A stretch of 63,836 bases of DNA, filler included, from Collodictyon triciliatum (Eukaryota), in NCBI GenBank assembly GCA_043381765.1. It is 5 parts of 5 records of this genome, joined end to end, with 100 filler letters (N's around TTAATTAATTAA, not from the genome) between each part and the next. Parts side by side here need not be neighbours in the genome. Positions count along the whole stretch, not along the records: positions 52,398 to 59,120 come from JBHJMP010001559.1; positions 59,221 to 63,836 come from JBHJMP010001592.1; 3 more parts are not named here. One strand, written 5' to 3'. The stretch's first letter is position 1, and the number at the start of each line of letters is the position of its first letter. Under the pieces are notes generated by a model. The model was not told the origin of the DNA, made no database searches, and worked only from the letters and a program-made list of their open reading frames with translations. This document shows, piece after piece, positions 55,614 through 63,836 of the stretch. Position numbers and translations under genes: made by a program.

Positions 55614-57123
55614 TTTTGCATTCTAGACTTGAGTTCTCGCGCATTCTCAGCTGGCTCGTCAAACACTATCTCAATGTTTGTGAGTTTTTGTTTGGCAGCC
55701 GATAGCTCTGCTTTTCCTTCATCGAATAATCTTAAAAGTCCTTTGTGCTTGTCTTCGTACTCAAATAATGTTTTCTATATTTTTTAAAAAAAAAATTGCA
55801 TCGAACACAAGATTTTTTGTGGACAAAAATTGACAATCAGACAAGTTTGCTAAATATATAGGCCCATAGGCATTGAGATGTCGACTATGGTGTATAGAAG
55901 CAAACTAACCAAAGCAAGCCCCAAATACAGGCAAGCGGGAGAGATCTGGTCTTTTCCTTTTAAATAAAAATGTTAATAATTGGCATCATCATCATCACCC
56001 GATATTCAGGTGCCAATGGATTATGGCTGTTTCTTTTTTATATGCATATTTGAATGAAATTTACTCTGGGCAGCGCAGCACTTTTAGTTCCTGCTCTACA
56101 AAAGCCTCAAGATTCAGCAGGAGTCTTGGTTGGGGGCTCCGACGGACCAGGGAAGATGGCAGACTCCTAGTGACGTCCCCTCTGTGGGTGAATCCCTTTT
56201 GGTCGTCAGCACCAGCCGGCCATATTTCGATAGCTCCGGCACTGGAACTGGGATGATTCAAAAAAAAGGATTGAATATGATTCATATTAAAGTGTATTCA
56301 TTTTTATAGACTCGTCTGTGATTATCGATCATGACTATAGATGATGTGACGTGAGTGTTGATACGCTCATACTCTAACATCGTTCGAAACTTGAGTCAGG
56401 GATACACTTTAGAATATTCCTTTTGGTATTCCTCAATTATACAAAGACAGCAGGAATGTCAGAGACCAAAGGACCAGCCATGATTCTTTCTCTGGACCTG
56501 CAAGCAATAAATATCAGAAACCTCACTGGATTTAAGCAGCTAAAAACTTTGGTCATTCGTTTGATGCTTCTGCGTTTTTATACGAAAATTCTTTCAATAA
56601 ATTTATAGATATCTCAACAACATTCTCACCGCCTTGCACAAAATTGAAAGGAAGAATAAATTCATAAAAAAAAAAATATCTATGAATTGAAGATTGATTA
56701 ATCGAAAAATTGAAAAACAGTGAGGTAGTGATGTGTATAAACATCTACAGAGAGAGAGGAAAAAATAAAGAAGAGGAGTGAATGGGCGAGTGAGGGTGAG
56801 GCAGAGGTATAAGGGCGAGATATCCACCATGGGTGAGTGGAAAACATATGGGGACCTTCTAGAAGCTACCGAACCCGCAGAAGAACCAGGCTTGTCGCTA
56901 ATGCTCGAAAACGAATTCAAGCGGGGTCTCGGACTCCGCGCTATCCTCGGGACTTTGGGAGGCGGGGGAGCTAATCGGGGTGTGGTGCCGTTGCGATGGC
57001 GCTAACGGACTCCATCTCGGGGCGAGGGTTGGTGTCTGCAGCCAGCGGTCGGCAGAATTCGTGCTCTGTGTTGCTTTGCATTGTGGTTGCTGCTGCGGCG
57101 GTCATTCGCTTTGTCTGCGCCAT
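54290..57123 (-). pseudogene. TSNAXIP1-like coiled-coil gene with apparent frame disruptions
   Basis: IWPA...PQPRLLLNLEAFVEQELKVL, SRLPVFGACF, LSAAKQKLTNIE and NPVLLALR...TEL resemble the TSNAXIP1 N-terminus. There are in-frame stops or phase conflicts near 56970-57005, 55775, 55115 and 54410. Confidence 0.5.
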
Positions 57124-57935
57124 GGAAGTCTATTGCAATCCGCGTCTGGTTTACCTTGCCGGGTTGTGGGCGTTGTCGTTTTCCACCCACAAAGGCAATC
57201 AGAGAACAATTATAGACACCAATAACTGATTAATACAGTAGATATTTGATTTAATCGTTAATAAATCACTTGAAGCAAAGTTAAAATGTATTGATTTTTA
57301 AATTGTATAATAAATATAATATATTCCAAAAATAGGAAAATGACCCACAATTGTAGTATGATATGCCACAAACGAAAGCTTCAATAAATACAGCCAAACG
57401 CTGATTCAGTTTATCGTACAAAGCACTAAGTACCGTCACATAGATACCTGCTGTCCGTCACAATTGGGTAGCGGTGCAACAGTGGACGCAGAAATACTGA
57501 GAACCCTACGAGATGTGCTTGCTTCAGCCATAGCCTCGGCGTCTAATCGTGTTCTCAAACACCAACATAATTTCATAAAGGAAGCGACCGTGGACAATGT
57601 GTAAACTCAAGATTCGTATCGGCAAATGTATTTATGTGGAATCTCGGTCAGGCTGCTCGGCCGGCACGCTTAGCGGAAGTGTGAGTGCACTCGCAGCCTT
57701 ATACGGGGAAATCAGCAGGTCTGGCACAAGATGAAGGAAGTGGCGGGCGTATGCCTGATATCAAACACGTTTGTAAGTAATGAATACCAGAAAGTCGCTA
57801 CGTCCCCATCAACGGTCTTTTACCTTGCGAGACGATGTCATATGTGTTTTCTCATTGGCCTCGATGCTCTCACAAAGCTGCCTGCGAAGTGCAGTCCAAG
57901 CACGAATACGAGAAAAGGATCGCTCCTTCATTTTA

Positions 57936-57996
<61 letters not shown>

Positions 57997-58261
57997 TGAG
58001 CAAATAGGATTTGAAAGTGTTTGTAACCTTAAGATTGTGGATGAAACCAATAAAGGTTATGAGCTATGTGTCTGGCTCGTCATCATGGACGCGCTGTGAT
58101 ACGGGAGGCGGTGATGTGAGGTATTTCTCATGTTTTCCCTCCCCTGGTGCATTGAGATGTTTTTTTTTTGTTTTCTTTTTATCCTCTGCAGTTTTTCAAT
58201 CTTTAAAAAGAAAAATGTGCAGTTAAGCAAACTGGAATTTGAATTCAAACAAATAAAAATG

Positions 58262-58672
58262 TAGAAAAGGGAAACGAAAACGAAAGAAAAAGGAAAATAA
58301 AAAGAAAACGAAAGAAAAAGGAAAATAAAAAGAAAACGAAAAAGAAAAAGAAAACGAAAAAGAAAAAGAAAAAGAAAAAGAAAAGGAAAAGGAAAAGGAA
58401 AAGGAAAAAAACGAAAACGAGAACGAGAACGAAACTGACAAGGAAAAGAAAAGAAAACCAATAAAGTAAAATGAAAAAAGGAAAAAAGAAAAAAAAGAAA
58501 ACGAAAACGAAAACGAAAACGAGAACGAAAAGGGAAAGGAAAACGAAAACGAAAACGAAAAGGGAAACGAAAAGGAAAACGAAAACGAAGACGAAGACGA
58601 AAACGAAAACGAAAAGGAAAACGAAAACGAAAACGAAAACGAAAAAAGAAAAGAAAAAGGAAAACAAAAACA

Positions 58673-58709
<37 letters not shown>

Positions 58710-58925
58710 GAACGAAAAGGGAAAGGGAAAGGAAAACGAAAACGAAAAGGGAAAGGGAAAACGAAAAGGAAAAGGAGAAAGGAAAACGAAAACGAAAAGG
58801 GAAACGAAAAGGAAAACGAAAAGGAAAACGAAAAGGAAAACGAAAAGGAAAACGAAAAGGAAAACAAAAACGAAAACGAAAACGAAAACGAAGAAAAAAA
58901 CAAATAAAGAAAAAAAGAAAAGGAA
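58262..58925. repeat. About 660-bp purine-rich compound microsatellite (GAAAAC/GAAAAG)n
   Basis: The + strand is nearly T-free and made of AAACGA/AAAGGA hexamer variants. Confidence 0.9.
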
Positions 58926-59120
58926 ATGGAAATATTCAATTCTTACTCTTTTCCATGATTTCGACGAGATCCTCAAAGGACACGGTGTGCTGCCAGCGAT
59001 CGGCTCGAACAGTTGCTGGGAAAGCCCGAGGTTGGCCACGCAGTCCACATCAGTTTCTTCTCCAGCGTATTTCACTGCGCAGTAAAGAGAGTATTTATGC
59101 TGCTGTTACTCCGGACTCTT

Positions 59121-59220
59121 NNNNNNNNNNNNNNNNNNNNNNNNNNNNNNNNNNNNNNNNNNNNTTAATTAATTAANNNNNNNNNNNNNNNNNNNNNNNN
59201 NNNNNNNNNNNNNNNNNNNN
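59121..59220. other. Artificial scaffold spacer
   Basis: N44-TTAATTAATTAA-N44. Confidence 0.97.
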
Positions 59221-59496
59221 TTTTTTATTTTGTTTTATTTTGTTTTATTTTGTTTTATTTTGTTTTATTTTGTTTTATTTTGTTTTATTTTGTTTTATTT
59301 TGTTTTATTTTGTTTTATTTTGTTTTACATTAATAGAATGAAATTTAATTCGTACATATTTTAGTTTGTTTACTATGATGAGATTGTGTTGTACAAAGAA
59401 TCATTTTTATTTTCTCCAAAATGGTGTAATCCCAAAGAAAGATTATATGATCGATGATGCTTTATCAAATTTTATATAAAAAAAAATCCAATAAAC

Positions 59497-60652
59497 CTCT
59501 TCTCCATCTTGTTCCACGTTTCTTGCGCATTTTCTGGGTCGTTTGAGTTTGTCGAGTAATCATTCAGGACCAACTGGACGCTTTCATTTTCGATTGTGGG
59601 GATTCCAAGGTTTCGGATTGTTACGTTGGAAGCACCACCGTATGCCTACAGTGGATTTTGAAAGAACTTACATGTATTGCCTTGTGTGAGAAGTGTCCGA
59701 TGAAAGCATCGGGGAAAAATATGATAATCAATAGAAAAGAAAGCCACGGGTAACCAAGCTGATTTGGTGTTTCAACTTCAACTTATTGTGATTGGTGTTC
59801 CTATTTATTGAAGGAAAATAAGCAAGAAAACTCCCCATATATTAGTACCTTGACAACTTCAAGAAACTCGCGCATGTACATCGCTTGATTACTGGTTTGC
59901 TAGTATGAGAAACTTTTTGACTCAAAATGCTTAAAAAATCTACATAGATTAAAGAAGCAGGCCAAATAGAATGAATTGACAAAATAGACTAGACCACCGA
60001 GATAAGACCTTAAATATTATTATTACAAGCGTTTCTTTTTGTTTACCTGTTTTGTGCTGACCAAAACTTTTGTAAAATAGCTAATCGAATCTTCCAAATG
60101 ACCCAACGACCGGCACAATTTACCGAGCGTCGAAAACATGTGGTCCTGTAATCACAATTATTTTGTAAGCGGCATGCAGAAAGAATGAAGAAAACAAGTG
60201 TTCGAGAAAAATAGACAGAAGGTACTCAAGAAGAAACCTCAATGAATGCCCAGCTCTTATTTTCGTATATTGCCAACGCGAGTAAATAACATCGCCATGA
60301 GTGCCATTTCTGTTCGAAAATTAATATGGAAAAAAAGTGAGCTATATTTTATTAGTGGTTGCTCTATTCAGATATGATAATCATGAAGAAATGAACTATT
60401 GTGATTAGAAGAAAATACTCAACCTGAAGTGCATGTCCATATCGGTTTCCTGCTAGCACCATGTGGAAAGCGTATTTGCGAATATACTGTGTCTGCAGAT
60501 TATAAAAGCAATATGCTGCTTGCTCCAAAAGAAGAGCTGCAATCATAGGGGAATCCTTTTGGGGATAACACGCAGTGTGAAAAGACATTTAAAAAATATG
60601 AACGTATTCTTTTTGAAGATATTTAATATGCTTAGTTGTTAGATAATCAGCA

Positions 60653-60742
<90 letters not shown>

Positions 60743-61731
60743 GTGCAATCAACGCTTAATTCATCATATTGATGATTGAAACTGAAGAAAAGAATGAATA
60801 AAACCTGGAAATTTGGCTTCAAAATCAAGTCTATTGATTCTTTGTAGTTACTGTTTACTTTAAGAATTTCGTAATAGATGAGAACTAGTCTCAGAAGAAA
60901 CATTCTTGATTCTGGTTGCTTCTCATATCTAGAAACCGTAATAACCATGGCATAAGAAAATTACAGATCAAATCCAACATTCGATTGAAATTATAATTAT
61001 ATGTAAAGTTTTAAGATTTACGCTTAGTCACGCTTTGTCGCCATGATATAATGGTAATATGTCACCACTTACGAAGAGAGCGCATGTTTCATGTTCTCGA
61101 CGGCTATTTTGGAGTGTTCATGCATAAACTGGCTGATTGCTACCATTTCCTAATGGTTGGATTGGATGAGAATTCATATCATGATTTACTTGCATCTCTC
61201 AAACAGGGCTCAGAAAAGATGTAATTCGTCATAGTCGAAGACAAAAGCATGGTGACTTAAAGGTTATGTTTTTTAAAAGTACATGTGCTCCAGCAAAATG
61301 TTTGGGAGATGCGTCTCTCTGAAATTCCCTTGTGCACATTTTGTAGAAGCTTTGCGCGTTTATATAGTCTGGATTTTAAATATTGATTCGTCATTTAAAC
61401 TTCTAAATGAACATATCTTTAAAAGAAAGGAAAGGAAAGGAAAGTGTGTGCATTTAGCGGTTTGAAGCGGAACACTTTGTATCAGGGATTGATCACCTTG
61501 GAAAAAGAACAGAAAGTCTGAAAGTTGTCTCAAGTGGGCTTCCAATGAATTGAAAGGATAGCTAATTGATCGATGTGTAATGAACTACTTTTTCATTTTT
61601 TGCTGTGTTTTTCTGTTTGGTTTTGTTTTTTGTTTTTTGTTTTTTGTTTTTTGTTTTTTGTTTTTTGTTTTTTTGTTTTTTGTTTTTTTGTTTTTTGTTT
61701 TTTGTTTTTTGTTTTTTGTTTTTTTTTTTTT

Positions 61732-61781
<50 letters not shown>

Positions 61782-61801
61782 TTTTTTGTTTTTTGTTTTT
61801 T

Positions 61802-61884
<83 letters not shown>

Positions 61885-63712
61885 TTTTTTGTTTTTTTGT
61901 TTTTTTGTTTTTTGTTTTTTTGTTTTTTTTTTTTTTTTTTTGNNNNNNNNNNNNNNNNNNNNNNNNNNNNNNNNNNNNNNNNNNNNNNNNNNNNNNNNNN
62001 NNNNNNNNNNNNNNNNNNNNNNNNNNNNNNNNNNNNNNNNNNNNNNNNNNNNNNNNNNNNNNNNNNNNNNNNNNNNNNNNNNNNNNNNNNNNNNNNNNNN
62101 NNNNNNNNNNNNNNNNNNNNNNNNNNNNNNNNNNNNNNNNNNNNNNNNNNNNNNNNNNNNNNNNNNNNNNNNNNNNNNNNNNNNNNNNTTGTTTTTTGTT
62201 TTTTGTTTTTTGTTTTTTGTTTTTTTGGTTTCGTGGGATTTAAAAATATAAGTTTGATTGATAATTTTCTCCAAATCACTAATCTTGGAATGATTCTAAC
62301 AAGTCTTTATGAAAAAATTACACTATGGTTGCACCGTCCTCGGATGTTGTGACGGATGGTTTTTTTCTCATGAATGATGTCATGACATGGTTCAAAAACC
62401 CTTGCCGATTTGTTGTGATCTGCGATATAATAAATGTATTACTATAGGCTGCATATAAAAATTAAGAAAAGCATATGATATTTGATACTTGATAATGCAG
62501 GCGAACATTTCTCTTCTAATCAAGGGAATACCAAGTCATTAATTTCTTTGATTTTCTTCTCCATGTGGGGAATGATCCCTTTTGAAATCAATTCTTTCAC
62601 GTATACTTCGATGCCGTCCATATCATTTCGCGATATGTATCCCCCGCGTTTTGTGGATGGTGCAAGAAACGTTGAAAAGGAAGGGGCCTTCTCGAGTTTA
62701 GGAGAGGCTGTCATAAGACGGGCAGGCTTTTGAAATAAAATAAAAGACATTTTCAAATGAGTGTTGTATAAACTTTTGAACCAGTGTTAAAAGATAAAAT
62801 ATGTTTACAAAGTCATAGTCCATAAAAAAAAATTCTTGGAAACTTCTCATTTCGTTTGTTCAATTCCGTGGCTAATTCATACATCAGAAACATCGATCGA
62901 ACTTGTGCTCTTTGGTAAACTTAATCCGCGTTTCAAAATATAGGGTGCCCAGAAGTCACTTTTATCGCCAGCAAAAGCTCCCGTATTGATTTTTAGGACA
63001 CGACAAACATTAGCACCTAAGGTGGCTTTCATGTCTCGGAAGCATTTGTCAAGTCTGCAAATGAAGAGTTTGATATTAGAAAATAGAAAATATAGAAAAG
63101 AACATGGCGATGTGGAAGAAAACAATTGTATGTCACAATCACGAAGCAACCAGTCTTCCACCGCAAGTTTCACCATGCGGATGGTGTTTGATTCAGATGA
63201 ACTCACATTTCGTCAGAGGCTTCGTTCGGGTCGTGAAGAACAACATATGATTTGTGGATATTTGGGTCGATGTACCCACGCTGGAATAGGGACGGTGCTC
63301 GTTGTACATTAAACATATCTGTAAGTTTCTTCACAGGTGCATCGCACTTCGACGAGACGGCGATGATACGTGAAATCGAATTTAAGTCAAGGTTTGATCT
63401 TTAAAAACAATAAGAAGAAAAAGAAAACCAGGACAAAACTCAAAAATGTGCCACTCCTCCTATCAAATTGTAGGATAGCAAAACTTTATCATTTGCATAT
63501 GTGCTACAGGGCTATGGAGTAAAAAAAATTGCTCTTGTAGTAAATACATCTTCTAAATATCAGAACTTATTAAGCAATTGATAAATATCTATTAAAGGGA
63601 GGATATAAGCAACGGGATGAAAGAAGGTTTCGTGCTCTGCACTCCGCAGAGAAAGAAATAGTTCATCGAAGAAGGATGTGTACCATGGAGTTGGGTCTCT
63701 TCGTTCTTTTGA
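59497..63712 (-). CDS. TRAPPC8: TRAPP III subunit Trs85/TRAPPC8, internal part (both ends missing)
   Basis: TPWY...EHETFFHPVACIIAVSS, YVVLHD, MKATLGANVCRVLKIN, IIPHMEKKI, SLEAHLRQLSD, AALLLEQAAYCF...RKYAFHMVLAGNRY, WAFIEDH...LGK and QAMYMREFL. Confidence 0.95.
61620..62227. repeat. T-rich (TTTTTG)n/poly-T tract with an internal gap (61943-62188) inside a TRAPPC8 intron
   Basis: Read directly from the sequence. Confidence 0.9.
63370..63606 (-). other. U12-type AT-AC intron in TRAPPC8
   Basis: 5' ATATCCTCC, branch-like CCTTGAC at 63392-63386 and 3' TTTCAC. Removing it restores HPVA-C-IIAVSS. Confidence 0.92.
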
Positions 63713-63740
63713 ATATCAAAATATTAGCGGAAAGAGAAAT

Positions 63741-63776
<36 letters not shown>

Positions 63777-63836
63777 TTTTTCATTTTATCTTTTTTTTTT
63801 AAAAAAAAAAAAACAATAAAATTGTTTTGTTTTTGT

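Noticed and set aside
55850..55910. TAG inside an apparently continuing frame (GACFG*FAS...), hinting at stop-codon reassignment
   Set aside because: The spacing does not fit the homolog, the TAG lies in a GTTAGT donor, and intact genes here end in TAA, TAG and TGA with no internal stops.
58223..59085. Long ORFs such as poly-FS, poly-KT and poly-F (also 61573-62352, 6375-6969, 42178-42551, 27676-27970)
   Set aside because: These are translations of microsatellites and N gaps.
58944..59120. EF-hand-like VSFEDLVEIMEK on the minus strand
   Set aside because: The fragment is too short, has an upstream stop in frame and sits at the scaffold edge.

Overview
Intron-rich nuclear DNA from a microbial eukaryote, probably flagellated (LRRC49 and TSNAXIP1-like genes), read with the standard genetic code. 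The window is not contiguous: five scaffolds (1-17395, 17496-34872, 34973-52297, 52398-59120, 59221-63836) are joined by 100-nt N44-TTAATTAATTAA-N44 spacers, so adjacency across spacers means nothing. Genes were reconstructed by hand across introns: LRRC49, tRNA-Glu(TTC), a kinesin, a spliced pseudokinase-LRR fusion, a partial AKAP7/LENG9-like 2H phosphoesterase, an orphan repeat protein, ZMYND15/MSS51-like, DENND1-like, a TM-kinase-pseudocyclase-kinase receptor, a PHO80-type cyclin, PPP4R1-like, two divergent RPB12 paralogs flanking a GT92 glycosyltransferase, an RWP-RK transcription factor, a TIR-like ORF, a disrupted TSNAXIP1-like gene and partial TRAPPC8. The most notable observations are the RPB12 pair, the pseudokinase-LRR protein, an AT-AC (U12) intron and frequent weak GC-AG donors. 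All family calls come from motif recognition by eye; no searches were run.
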